Virus record (IMG/VR): IMGVR_UViG_3300050491_000011
Reading direction: 5' to 3' (one strand)
Origin: a virus
Lineage: Duplodnaviria; Caudoviricetes
Length of the DNA: 64,000 bases
In this document: piece by piece, positions 45,556-54,923 of the stretch
Layout of the letters: the number at the start of each line of letters is the position of its first letter
Position numbering within the stretch: the stretch's first letter is position 1
Translations under genes and position numbers: made by a program
Notes under the pieces: generated by a model
Database searches by the model: none
What the model saw: only the letters and a program-made list of their open reading frames with translations
What the model was told of the DNA's origin: nothing

Positions 45556-47046
45556 ATGGATTTGATTAATTACGATATCTACGAGCCACGTCAGCGTTAT
45601 CCGGGGCGGAAGGGTATCTATCCGATGATTGAAGACTTCGACAAGATGTTCAAGAACTTGAGCATTAAGCCGATGTTAGCAAACGATCTGGATCTCGAAA
45701 CAGATGAAGGTAAGCAGAAGTTCAACGATCTGGTCTACACTAAGTACGACGGGGATGTATTCTCGAACGTGCCATCGTGCCCATGCCGTAAGACTTCCGG
45801 TGGTAGCCGTATTCATGACAACTGCATTCACTGTGGTTATGAAGTTCTGCCGATCACTGAACAGACGATCGAACCTATCGTCTGGGTAATGGCGCCCCCA
45901 GAAGTTCCTGGGTTCATCAACTTGACAATCTACCGGTTGCTCAAGGCCAGATTCACCAAGTCCTCATTCAGCGTCTTCGACTACATCCTTGATCCAAAGT
46001 ACCGCCCTCCTAAGCTTAACAGCAAAGAAGAGCGTCTTATTGAAGCGATCGTACCTACTCGTGGGTTGGTCTACTTCCATAAGAACTTCGATGAGATCAT
46101 GTCCAAGTTGTGCGCAATCAGGCACTTCGTAACAGCGGCCAAAGCTGCTAGCACGATGCGATTCATCGATCTACACAAACACCTGATCTTCTGTCGTTAC
46201 ATGCCGTTCCCATCCAAGATTGGTTTCATCGTCGAAGATGTGGGCGACCGTACGTATGTCGATCCAAAGATGGCGCCCGCACTGGATGCGCTCATCTGTC
46301 TTGGCAAGGTAGCATCGGCCAAGCGCATCTCGCTGTACGATCTTGAATCCCGGATCGCACGGTCAAGCAATAAGCTCTGCACCTATTACTCTGGTAACGA
46401 GCATCTCAAAATCTTTGACAAGAAAGGAGTATTGCGAAAACTGGTTTACGGTGTATCCCCGCACTTTACCTTCCGGACGGTGATTACCTCGAACCACAAA
46501 CCTCACGATCACGAGTCTCTCGAGATTCCATGGGGTTCCGCTGTTCTGACGTTTAAGCTACACATCGCGAACAAGCTACGGAAGGAGAAGTATACTCCTA
46601 ACGAAATCTTGACGCTGATCTACGATAACGTCCTCCGCACACACCACCGCATTGAGAAGATCTTCGACGAGCTGATCGCCGAGTCTCCGGGTGGACGTGG
46701 GATGATGGCAGGCTTTACGCGGTTTCCATCGCTTAAGCGTGGTTCTACGCAAGGCTTCTATATCGACACGATCAAACGTGACCCTACCCAATTGAGTACA
46801 TCCATCTCTGTGTTGACGCTTGTAGCGCCTAACGCCGACTTCGATGGTGACTACATGTCTGGACAATTGGCACTGGATAACGTGACTACACGGGCTTTCG
46901 AGCGCCTGAAACCAAGTACTGGGTTCATGGATCTCAAGAAGGTCTTCGGAGTGAGCAACCACGCCAACATACCGGCGCCGGTGATCTCAACTATCAACGC
47001 ACGTATTGAGGAAGGAAACGACCTATCAGTACCCATGGGAGATTGA
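45556..47046 (+). CDS. Non-virion RNAP beta'-like catalytic subunit (phiKZ gp55-like)
   Basis: Zinc-binding CPC...CIHC, RFPSL and NADFDGD (46831-46851). Confidence 0.92.
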   Translation: MDLINYDIYEPRQRYPGRKGIYPMIEDFDKMFKNLSIKPMLANDLDLETDEGKQKFNDLVYTKYDGDVFSNVPSCPCRKTSGGSRIHDNCIHCGYEVLPITEQTIEPIVWVMAPPEVPGFINLTIYRLLKARFTKSSFSVFDYILDPKYRPPKLNSKEERLIEAIVPTRGLVYFHKNFDEIMSKLCAIRHFVTAAKAASTMRFIDLHKHLIFCRYMPFPSKIGFIVEDVGDRTYVDPKMAPALDALICLGKVASAKRISLYDLESRIARSSNKLCTYYSGNEHLKIFDKKGVLRKLVYGVSPHFTFRTVITSNHKPHDHESLEIPWGSAVLTFKLHIANKLRKEKYTPNEILTLIYDNVLRTHHRIEKIFDELIAESPGGRGMMAGFTRFPSLKRGSTQGFYIDTIKRDPTQLSTSISVLTLVAPNADFDGDYMSGQLALDNVTTRAFERLKPSTGFMDLKKVFGVSNHANIPAPVISTINARIEEGNDLSVPMGD

Positions 47047-47047
47047 C

Positions 47048-47674
47048 ATGGCTTACATCGTAAGTGCTGATGATGACGTAATCCACGCTGCCACTCACGG
47101 CATCATGGACAGGGATGACTTGAGCTTCCTGCGAGATCGCATGGACAGCGCAATGACATCTGCTGGCGGATATGCATCCAGCTTCTTAAAGGCAGCTAGC
47201 GAAAAGCTGGCTAACTTCGATCTCGGCCGTCTACGGGATCGCGTGAGCGGCCTGCGGGATAGGTTCGGGAAACGTTGGGATGAAGATCGCATCGTTCTTC
47301 TGGCAACTCGTGAAGGGTTGCGTAATGCTAAACCGAAGATGCGTCGATTCACAATGGCTGAACCAAGAACCCGACTTCTCTGGCAACAGGGACGCTTGGA
47401 AGGCTATGGCGAATTGTACGAAGACGAAGAACCAGGCATGATCGGACGGGATCACACTCCGTACCGTGAAATCATGAACGGCGCTTACGTCAGCCACGAC
47501 ATTCCGGATGAGGATCACTTCGTGACCTACCTCGGCGTGCAGGATGAACATGGTGATGAACCATGTACGTTCAATGAGAAAGAAATGACCCGTCATGGGA
47601 CATGGGCAGCTCAGCGTGGTTTCATCGATGAAGGCAAGCAAGATCCACTCAGCCCGATTGGTAACACACTGTAA
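47048..47674 (+). CDS. Conserved nucleus-block hypothetical protein
   Basis: ATG 47048 directly after the nvRNAP stop; 208 aa. Confidence 0.7.
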   Translation: MAYIVSADDDVIHAATHGIMDRDDLSFLRDRMDSAMTSAGGYASSFLKAASEKLANFDLGRLRDRVSGLRDRFGKRWDEDRIVLLATREGLRNAKPKMRRFTMAEPRTRLLWQQGRLEGYGELYEDEEPGMIGRDHTPYREIMNGAYVSHDIPDEDHFVTYLGVQDEHGDEPCTFNEKEMTRHGTWAAQRGFIDEGKQDPLSPIGNTL

Positions 47675-47681
47675 AACGTAG

Positions 47682-47707
47682 AGCCCGGTGAAAGCCGGGC
47701 TTTATGC
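47682..47707 (+). terminator. Hairpin + TTTATGC
   Basis: AGCCCGG-TGAAAG-CCGGGCT-TTATGC. Confidence 0.6.
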
Positions 47708-47738
47708 CACCCACTTTATTTTTGTTAGGAATAGATGT

Positions 47739-48275
47739 ATGTTTTTAGTTAACGCGATGTTCAAACAACCCACCGCAGAAGATCCTGAAGCATTCGTAGA
47801 AATGACCCTCGAAGGGTCAAGCTTCGATACACGCGAAGATATCCTTCCAGAGTTAGGTATTGCTCTGAGTACAACTGACATCAGGTTTAGCTGGGAAGAA
47901 GCCCATGGTTTCGTAGCCGTATTACGTGGATATGGTAAAGACATATCCACGTACATGGTTCCTTTCAAGTTCGATAGTGCTGAATTCGGTGCTGATGAGT
48001 TCAGTCTGTTAGACGGACATCGTGTTGCCGAAAGAATCGGCATGATCGTTGCCGGTCAAGTGGAAGAGTATGATAGACCATCGTGCATCTACTTCATGGA
48101 TGAGTTGGAAGATATCAGCTATAAACCTTACGTCAAAGGAATGTATCGTAACCGTAAGTACGGGGCAGCTTTCTTCGTACATGGAGCAAGGCGGGGAATA
48201 CACGCTAAACCACCATCTAAAGATCCAGGAGCTGAACATGTCGAAACACGTAGGGCAATACACGACCCGTTGTGA
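47739..48275 (+). CDS. Hypothetical protein
   Basis: AGGA ribosome-binding site before ATG 47739. Confidence 0.55.
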   Translation: MFLVNAMFKQPTAEDPEAFVEMTLEGSSFDTREDILPELGIALSTTDIRFSWEEAHGFVAVLRGYGKDISTYMVPFKFDSAEFGADEFSLLDGHRVAERIGMIVAGQVEEYDRPSCIYFMDELEDISYKPYVKGMYRNRKYGAAFFVHGARRGIHAKPPSKDPGAEHVETRRAIHDPL

Positions 48276-48456
48276 AATCGCATTAGCTATCCTAAGCATG
48301 GAGGAGGATAACGCACTTACGCCAGAACAGGGCGATGTATTAGTTGTAGCCACGATGGAAGCTCCAGATGACGCTGTAATGGAAATCTCTCTCGCTGATA
48401 CCGGTTATCTGGTTAAGCTCACCTCAGGCAAGACTACTATCACGGTAGATCCGTAG
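48238..48456 (+). CDS. Hypothetical protein (72 aa)
   Basis: AGGAG at 48227-48231 before ATG 48238; overlaps the previous ORF by 38 nt. Confidence 0.55.
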   Translation: MSKHVGQYTTRCEIALAILSMEEDNALTPEQGDVLVVATMEAPDDAVMEISLADTGYLVKLTSGKTTITVDP

Positions 48457-48459
48457 GCA

Positions 48460-48507
48460 GCATAAACACGGGGAGCTTCGGCTCCCTAGTGCTTACTTCT
48501 TTTTTTT
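48460..48507 (+). terminator. GCATAAA-hairpin intrinsic terminator
   Basis: GGGAGC-TTCG-GCTCCC followed by a T-tract. Confidence 0.8.
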
Positions 48508-48546
48508 GTCCAAATAGGATGTCCGATTCTATTAGGCAGATCCGTT

Positions 48547-48972
48547 ATGGCCACTAAAGTAGCAACACTCGGTAAGGCCGGTTGTGTCGAAGATATTGAT
48601 CTCAAGATCGATTACATGATGTGCTGTTACTTCTTTTCGAAATACAGCCAGACAACCTACTTCAAAGACAACGTACACTCGCTTACAAAGGTCATACAGC
48701 AATACGGCAACGATCCCTTTGCCATTGCTGAGAAGTTGAAACAAGACCTCTACAGCTTCCTCTCAGAAGGTTTCACGAATGTGACCTTGGATGTTACTTT
48801 GGACACCACAACGGTGGGTCCAGGTATTTCTTTACTAATCGAGGGAATAGTAAGCGACGGAGACAGCATCGATGTAGATTCACGAAGCATCGGTTACGCT
48901 CTCACCGCCAAAGATTCCATGCTTAAAACCATCCTAAACACCAACAGCGGTACTCCGCTGTACTCTTCCTAA
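48547..48972 (+). CDS. Conserved hypothetical protein, possibly T4 gp25-like (sheath initiator / baseplate wedge) fold
   Basis: 141 aa with a helix-then-strand pattern (LKQDLYSFLSEGFTNVTLDVT). The fold call is an inference. Confidence 0.5.
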   Translation: MATKVATLGKAGCVEDIDLKIDYMMCCYFFSKYSQTTYFKDNVHSLTKVIQQYGNDPFAIAEKLKQDLYSFLSEGFTNVTLDVTLDTTTVGPGISLLIEGIVSDGDSIDVDSRSIGYALTAKDSMLKTILNTNSGTPLYSS

Positions 48973-48981
48973 GGAAGCACC

Positions 48982-49500
48982 ATGTCCACCGAAATCAAAG
49001 AAGCAGCAGTTGAAGCAGCAGCCCCTCAAGCAATCATGATGCCAGAAACTCCTGAGCAGCTGAAAGTGTTCGTGGCCGCCGCCGTGACCGATCTGCTGAA
49101 CATCCCGGAAAACGCTACCCACTTCGCCCGCGTCGTTCTGTCCGGCGCCCTGCGCGCTCTGAACAACGAAGCTCAGCACAAAGCCCAACTGGCCATGCGT
49201 CCGGTCCTGACCCGCACTCCGTACCCAGGTTGCCTGCGCGCCGTGATCACCGCCAATGCCGAAGCCAGCGACGAGCCGCTGACCGTGGACATCACCATCC
49301 GCGAAGTTGGCAGCGAAGAGTGGACCGACTCGAAAGCCTCCCCAGTAGTTCTGCAAGAGCTGGCCAAGCTGGTTCTGTCGCAAGCTACCGTGCCTGGCGA
49401 CGTGTGGTACATCACCACCAACCAAGCGGTCGACAAGCAGCTGGACGCAGCCGCTGAAGCCCTGCTGAACCAGGCTCAAGCTGACGCCGAACCGGTTTAA
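48982..49500 (+). CDS. Hypothetical protein, probably highly expressed
   Basis: AAGGA ribosome-binding site; strong codon bias; followed by a GGGAGC-TTCG-GCTCCC hairpin (49514-49531). Confidence 0.8.
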   Translation: MSTEIKEAAVEAAAPQAIMMPETPEQLKVFVAAAVTDLLNIPENATHFARVVLSGALRALNNEAQHKAQLAMRPVLTRTPYPGCLRAVITANAEASDEPLTVDITIREVGSEEWTDSKASPVVLQELAKLVLSQATVPGDVWYITTNQAVDKQLDAAAEALLNQAQADAEPV

Positions 49501-49549
49501 TTACCGGCATGACAGGGAGCTTCGGCTCCCTCGTCTCAAGGAGTTCTTT

Positions 49550-50251
49550 ATGTCCCGCACTGGTTTACCTCGTGAAAGAAAGCCTGTAATCCGCAACAAG
49601 CCCCGTGAGGATCTTGAGGATAAGGGCTCTGAAGCTTATCGGGCTTATGTCGCGGAAGGTCTGGAACGGATGGCTAAGGCTGCCACAGAGATCAACGACT
49701 CCACGGCTGAGCGTAAGCGTAAAGTCCCTGAGCAATACTTCGTCAACATCCTACTGCCGGTTCTGCGTAAGTGGATTCGTCGGGAAGAAGTTGAAATCGG
49801 CCACTACCTGAACGTAGCCGATGGTCTCAACAATGAGATCGAAGTTGTCGATCAGGAAGGCGTGAAACTGTACGATGTGCCCCCATTGTTTGTAGACGTA
49901 CCCACTCGAGTGGCGCGTCATGAACCGGGTGTCAACATTCCGACCATCCACAAGATGGTTCAGATTCAGGGGATGCATGTTGATAACAACGACATGCGTC
50001 AGGTCTTTACGATCGAGAACGATCTGGTAGACATCCTGGCTCCGCGTGCAGAAGACGCCTCCAAGACGCGATGCTTGGTGATGTTGTGCCACATCTACGA
50101 CCGCTATGAGCTACCTCTTGAGGAACTCGTTGGCGAAACCCTCGCTCCCGTTATTGCAGCGGCCTTACGGGCTGCTAAAAAGCCCGGCTCTAAAGCCATT
50201 GTAGAGAGCGGTAATAATGCAAGATCAGACGACGACTTTATCATCGACTAA
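49550..50251 (+). CDS. Conserved nucleus-block hypothetical protein
   Basis: AAGGAG ribosome-binding site; 233 aa; overlaps the start of the SbcD gene. Confidence 0.75.
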   Translation: MSRTGLPRERKPVIRNKPREDLEDKGSEAYRAYVAEGLERMAKAATEINDSTAERKRKVPEQYFVNILLPVLRKWIRREEVEIGHYLNVADGLNNEIEVVDQEGVKLYDVPPLFVDVPTRVARHEPGVNIPTIHKMVQIQGMHVDNNDMRQVFTIENDLVDILAPRAEDASKTRCLVMLCHIYDRYELPLEELVGETLAPVIAAALRAAKKPGSKAIVESGNNARSDDDFIID

Positions 50252-51404
50252 AGGCACCGTCATTAAGGTGGGGCTTAGCCGCCTCACCTACGCTATCAGA
50301 CAAGCGGGTGACCTGCTTATCGCTGTTATCAGCGACGTACACCTCGGCCATAGCCGAGTCAAGTCTGCAAAGATTATCGATGTACTGGAGAAGACCTTCC
50401 ACGAAGCGCGCATGATTGCTCTGGATGTGATCATTATCTCCGGTGATCTGTTTGACAAGCGTCTGGCTTATGACAGCGATGACGCGTTTGTAATCACCCG
50501 GTGGATGGAACGGTTCCTGAGACTGGCTGCGAAACACAACGTAGCTATACGAATCCTTGAGGGTACGCCTAGCCACGACAACAGACAGTCCCGCTGGATG
50601 ATTCAGTACAACGAAATGATTGAGGCTAACGCCGACATCAAGTACTACGAGAACATCGTCATTGATGAACTCATCCCCGGTGGTCCGACTGTTCTGTATA
50701 TTCAGGATGAAGTGAACCACGACGCTAACAAGACCTGGAAGATGGTTCAGGAATTGATGCGGGAGCAAGGCGTAGATCAGGTAGACTTTGCCGTAATGCA
50801 CGGCATGTTCACTTATCAGGAGCCTGTACGCAGTATCTCGAGCCACCTTGAGGAACGGTACGAAGCAATCGTGCGCCACTTGATCATCATTGGTCACAAC
50901 CACCATCACACGACCAGTGGAAAGATTCGAGTACCATCTTCTACAGAAAGACTTAGGTTTAACGAAGAGGATGACAAAGGACATCTCCAGTTCTGCTATT
51001 CCCCAACGGATGGCGTTTACGATGAGTTCTTTGTGGTCAATGAAGAAGCAACACTCTTCACGACAATAGATGTAGTGGGCAAGACACTCAACCAAGTGAT
51101 CGCAACCCTCAAGAAACTCAATGGCAGCCCAGACGGTAGTTGGTTCCGTTTGAAGCTTAGCCGAAACGATGAGGCTTATACAGCCTTAACCCGAATAACC
51201 GTAGAGTTCCCGCAGTTCAACATCTCCACCAAAGTAGTGGATGGCGTTGGCGACCTCGATGTAGATGACACTGGATTGGTTGTTGAGACCGTGACCCTGA
51301 CTTCGATCAGGCCAGACACGCTCATGCAGCTTATCCTCCCACGTCTCGATGGTACGCCTGATGACATCATGAGGGAGATCGTGAAGGTGCTGGAGAAAGG
51401 CTAA
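50217..51404 (+). CDS. sbcD: SbcD/Mre11-like metallophosphoesterase nuclease (phiKZ gp65-like)
   Basis: Calcineurin-like motifs SDVHLG, SGDLFD, GTPSHD, MHG and GHNH. Confidence 0.9.
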   Translation: MQDQTTTLSSTKGTVIKVGLSRLTYAIRQAGDLLIAVISDVHLGHSRVKSAKIIDVLEKTFHEARMIALDVIIISGDLFDKRLAYDSDDAFVITRWMERFLRLAAKHNVAIRILEGTPSHDNRQSRWMIQYNEMIEANADIKYYENIVIDELIPGGPTVLYIQDEVNHDANKTWKMVQELMREQGVDQVDFAVMHGMFTYQEPVRSISSHLEERYEAIVRHLIIIGHNHHHTTSGKIRVPSSTERLRFNEEDDKGHLQFCYSPTDGVYDEFFVVNEEATLFTTIDVVGKTLNQVIATLKKLNGSPDGSWFRLKLSRNDEAYTALTRITVEFPQFNISTKVVDGVGDLDVDDTGLVVETVTLTSIRPDTLMQLILPRLDGTPDDIMREIVKVLEKG

Positions 51405-51417
51405 CAGGAAGAGATAC

Positions 51418-52275
51418 ATGACCGTTGAGAATATTTCACGAGAGAAGCTGTCCGAAAGAGCCATGGGACAGTTTCCAATCTCCATTGCTACAAGTCTGGC
51501 AATTGAGTCTCTGGTCGGTATCCTTCCTGAGGCTCCTACGGACGCGCCTGAGATCTTCAAGCGCGACCTGCTACTGATCAACATCCGTACCCTTATCCGC
51601 AACCTACTGGGCTCTGTGGACAAGGAGGCACGCGCATTACTCGAAGAGTACACGATGGCTGAAGCCGTCAGTAACGAGATGCGTGTAATCGAAGAGATCA
51701 TCTCTGAGACTTCGGATGGTCGCTGTGAAGTGAAGTTCTATCACTGCACTTACGGTGATGTTCCACGCAAGTACAAGCAAGCGTTGTTGAAAGGTCCAAC
51801 CACAACAGCGCAACACATGTACTGGGCTCAGAAGAATCTGGTGATCAAGAATCTCCTGACTCAATTCGAGAGCGGTTCTCCTATTGAACAGTGGACAACT
51901 GACTTCCCGGACTTCAATTACAAGACAGTGCTTCTGACGCATTATCCGGTGGACCTGCTACAAAGGTATCGGTTCACCTCGCTAGCGCTCTTAGAATCGC
52001 ACACAGGGGCTATAAAGACACCTCTTATGTGGAACACGAAGTTAGTCAGTGGGAAGGAACATCCGAACCTTCCTTTTGACAAGATGACCTTGCAGATGTT
52101 TGGTGATGGGATTCTATTCAGCCCGATGCCTATCAAGATCCGCAAACGTGTTCTGGAGCTAGCCGAGACCTACAAATGGACTCCGGCTACCACTAAGGCT
52201 TTGATCATCGACTCAGCTGCGTCTCGGAAAGACCCAGCCTTGGAGATGTTGATCAAGGATCTCTATAGTGCGTAA
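51418..52275 (+). CDS. Conserved chimallivirus protein (phiKZ gp66 position), possibly nuclease-like
   Basis: 285 aa with LLINIRTLIRNL; lies between SbcD and the ChmC-like gene. Confidence 0.65.
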   Translation: MTVENISREKLSERAMGQFPISIATSLAIESLVGILPEAPTDAPEIFKRDLLLINIRTLIRNLLGSVDKEARALLEEYTMAEAVSNEMRVIEEIISETSDGRCEVKFYHCTYGDVPRKYKQALLKGPTTTAQHMYWAQKNLVIKNLLTQFESGSPIEQWTTDFPDFNYKTVLLTHYPVDLLQRYRFTSLALLESHTGAIKTPLMWNTKLVSGKEHPNLPFDKMTLQMFGDGILFSPMPIKIRKRVLELAETYKWTPATTKALIIDSAASRKDPALEMLIKDLYSA

Positions 52276-52340
52276 ATAGTTATGAATAGGGACAATGGAA
52301 TGTCCAGAAACCACATTCATCCTCCCTCAGGTGATTTTAC

Positions 52341-53153
52341 ATGTCGCAACAACCCGAAAAGAAACGCCGCGAACCAGAAGCCATTGACGACGGTAAACTC
52401 CGTCTGTACGGCGCTCCTCAAAAGGAAGGCGCACGTCAGACAATGATCCGGGTGAAGCTGGATTCGAACAACAACAACCCGATCATCGAGGTCGACTTCG
52501 GCTACAAGACCGAACCGAAAGCGGGCAAGTCTGAAGGCTTCCCTGTCAAGATCGATACGCCGATGGCGCCGATCCCTTTCCGTACCCTGATGAACCTGAT
52601 CGTCCGCGTTGCGAACTACAACGGCGAAGTGTCGTTCGAAGTCGACAACTGGGGCTTCCCATTCATGTGGGATGCGGATCAGCGTAAGAGCGTTCGTGCC
52701 AAAGAGAAGATGATCATCTCTCGCTTCCAAGTGGCCAAACGTGAAGACGGCGTTGTAACCTTCGGCATCACTGCCAAAGGCAAGCCAGACATGGTTCACG
52801 AGTTCAAATCTGACGAATACCACATGATCATGCAAAATGGTCAGCCGGTTGACGTGAAGATCTCCAGCCGTGAAGCAGCGATCGCTACAGCCGAAGCCTG
52901 GCTGGAAGTGTACTACGAGCGTTTCACTAACAAGTGGGAAGAGCCTGAGTACCAGAAGAAGCGCCGCCTGGAAAACATGCAGAAAGCTCAAGGTGGTGGT
53001 GGCGGTTACCAACAGCAGCGTCAGAACAATGGCGGCGGTGGTGGCAACTACAACAACAACCAACAGCAGCGTCCTCCTCAGCAACAGCAACAGCAATCTG
53101 CGCCGAACCTCGGCGACGGTGGCAACGGCTTTGACGACGATATCCCTTTCTAG
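52341..53153 (+). CDS. chmC: ChmC-like nucleic-acid-binding protein (phiKZ gp67 position) with a Q/N/G-rich tail ending in DDDIPF
   Basis: Beta-rich core plus a low-complexity GGGGGYQQQ...NNNQQQ tail; directly upstream of the gp68-like gene. Identity rests on recalled synteny. Confidence 0.7.
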   Translation: MSQQPEKKRREPEAIDDGKLRLYGAPQKEGARQTMIRVKLDSNNNNPIIEVDFGYKTEPKAGKSEGFPVKIDTPMAPIPFRTLMNLIVRVANYNGEVSFEVDNWGFPFMWDADQRKSVRAKEKMIISRFQVAKREDGVVTFGITAKGKPDMVHEFKSDEYHMIMQNGQPVDVKISSREAAIATAEAWLEVYYERFTNKWEEPEYQKKRRLENMQKAQGGGGGYQQQRQNNGGGGGNYNNNQQQRPPQQQQQQSAPNLGDGGNGFDDDIPF

Positions 53154-53175
53154 GGTCTGAGAGCATTTAGCGTTT

Positions 53176-53216
53176 GTGATACAGGGCCTCACAGCCTTGT
53201 ATCACGGGCTTTATGC
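53176..53216 (+). terminator. Hairpin + TTTATGC
   Basis: GTGATACAGGGC / GCCTTGTATCAC stem followed by TTTATGC at 53210-53216. Confidence 0.65.
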
Positions 53217-53241
53217 CGCCTTAACGTAAAAATACACAGGC

Positions 53242-53250
53242 ATACATTAC
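53242..53250 (+). promoter_or_regulatory. ATACATTAC candidate promoter of the gp68-picA-gp70 operon
   Basis: Exact motif about 45 nt upstream of ATG 53294. Confidence 0.6.
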
Positions 53251-53293
53251 TTATTAGAGCAAGCACCATATAGTGACCAAGCGGAGTGTATTG

Positions 53294-54883
53294 ATGGAAT
53301 TCAGCATCACTGGATTTACCAAACGAAGTTTCTCAGCCGTCGCAGTTTCTCATCCCGGTGAAAACGATATCATCATCAATGCCGCAGGTTACGCTAACGC
53401 GAAACCCGGTGCAGTAAAGAATGATGAAGAGTTCGGAATGCGCGTCGAGCTGTTCAGCGAGATCAACGATCTCATCAGCCGTTATAGCAAGGGGGAACAA
53501 CAAAAGCTGTACGATTGCTACGCCCGCCTTGACACGGTGCTGGACTCGTACGGTACAGATGTGAAAGCCAGTGAGTTCATGGAGCTGTTGCAAGATATCG
53601 TTAAAGGTATCTTCGACATCGTGAAGTTCGAAGACCTGCGTGATTACCTGACCAGTAATAAGAACATCAAGTTCCCCGCAGAACTGGCTGACACTTACGT
53701 TACAGCAGATAAGATCACTCCGATCTACATGGAGCGTACTTATCTGAAACGGGAATACATCGATCTGGCAGCAGTGGCATTGGGCCTGCGGTGCATGATT
53801 CCTGTTTGGGGTGCTTTCCTTCCAATCGCTATAAAGGAAGAAGGGCCGAAGAAGAAGGAGTACGTTGCGTACAAGCTTCTGGATACCTGCCTGCTTAAGG
53901 AGTGTCCTGCATTCGATCGTCTGGAAACTTACGTTCGGGCAAACACTACCGAGATGGAACACGAGATGGCTATCATCTTCGAGTTCCTGTCATCTGAGGA
54001 GATCCCTGTCTTCTTGATGGCATTGGCATTGATCCGTAAGGTTTCGATTGCACCGTTGTCCGCTGAGACGGATAAGGATCACTTGATGAAGGTGGTCTTC
54101 AACTACGTCTGCGGTAACAACAACAGACTTCCAGCGGCATTCGGCGGTAACATCCGTTCGAAGATCGATGTGGAAGCAGCAACAGACGACAATAGTTCGG
54201 TCTGGTGCTACTACAAAATGAAGGAGCAGATCAGTACTGGCGACCTCTGCATCTTCCAGCTGTACATCACCGATTATCTTGAAGCGGCTCGCGCCATTGA
54301 TCAAGAGATCACCGACGAACAAACCGAGATGTGCGTAGCACGCGCGCAGAAGCTGGCACGGTTTGATCCGAATGACGCACAGATCGCTCTCTGCATCTGG
54401 GTAATGTCTACAGTGGTAGCAGGTTGTGCGATCGAGATGTTCGACCGTAACACTCTGTTCACGGCCATGGGTATCTCCCAGACCGTACTGTGGAAGTGGG
54501 GTTTCCATCAATTGGCAATCCTGCAAACAGCAGCTCCCGTCCAGATGGCTGACGACGAGATGATGACCCCGGTTCCTAGAACCAAGATCAGCGACGAGAA
54601 CATGAAACAACTGGAATACATCTATCCTTACACAATGCCGGAGAGCAAGAAGGATAGTGGTCAATCACCAAACGTTGGGGTACGTGGGGTAGAAGACGCG
54701 GCAAATGTATTCTTCAAGAACGAATGGGAACCTCAGTGCCCGCGCCAATTGGCAGCGAAGTTCGAAAGGTCAGACGTTACCCGGCGTCTCCAGGTTTCCA
54801 GTGACTTCCGCGATGAGCTGGCTGAGTTGTTTATCAAGCTGGACGGTTACGTACGTCACATCCCTATCCCGGTAATGGACTGA
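53294..54883 (+). CDS. Non-virion RNAP promoter-specificity subunit (phiKZ gp68-like)
   Basis: About 530 aa, helical. Lies between the ChmC-like and PicA-like genes and upstream of the beta/beta' pair. GGAG ribosome-binding site. Confidence 0.75.
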   Translation: MEFSITGFTKRSFSAVAVSHPGENDIIINAAGYANAKPGAVKNDEEFGMRVELFSEINDLISRYSKGEQQKLYDCYARLDTVLDSYGTDVKASEFMELLQDIVKGIFDIVKFEDLRDYLTSNKNIKFPAELADTYVTADKITPIYMERTYLKREYIDLAAVALGLRCMIPVWGAFLPIAIKEEGPKKKEYVAYKLLDTCLLKECPAFDRLETYVRANTTEMEHEMAIIFEFLSSEEIPVFLMALALIRKVSIAPLSAETDKDHLMKVVFNYVCGNNNRLPAAFGGNIRSKIDVEAATDDNSSVWCYYKMKEQISTGDLCIFQLYITDYLEAARAIDQEITDEQTEMCVARAQKLARFDPNDAQIALCIWVMSTVVAGCAIEMFDRNTLFTAMGISQTVLWKWGFHQLAILQTAAPVQMADDEMMTPVPRTKISDENMKQLEYIYPYTMPESKKDSGQSPNVGVRGVEDAANVFFKNEWEPQCPRQLAAKFERSDVTRRLQVSSDFRDELAELFIKLDGYVRHIPIPVMD

Positions 54884-54923
54884 AAAGTTCAATCCCCTAG
54901 AGTATTAAGCACAGGAGTAATTC

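Noticed and set aside
48471-49531. Identical GGGAGC-TTCG-GCTCCC hairpins flanking two genes, as possible mobile-element ends
   Set aside because: Common UUCG terminator hairpin; no transposase, integrase or target-site duplication.
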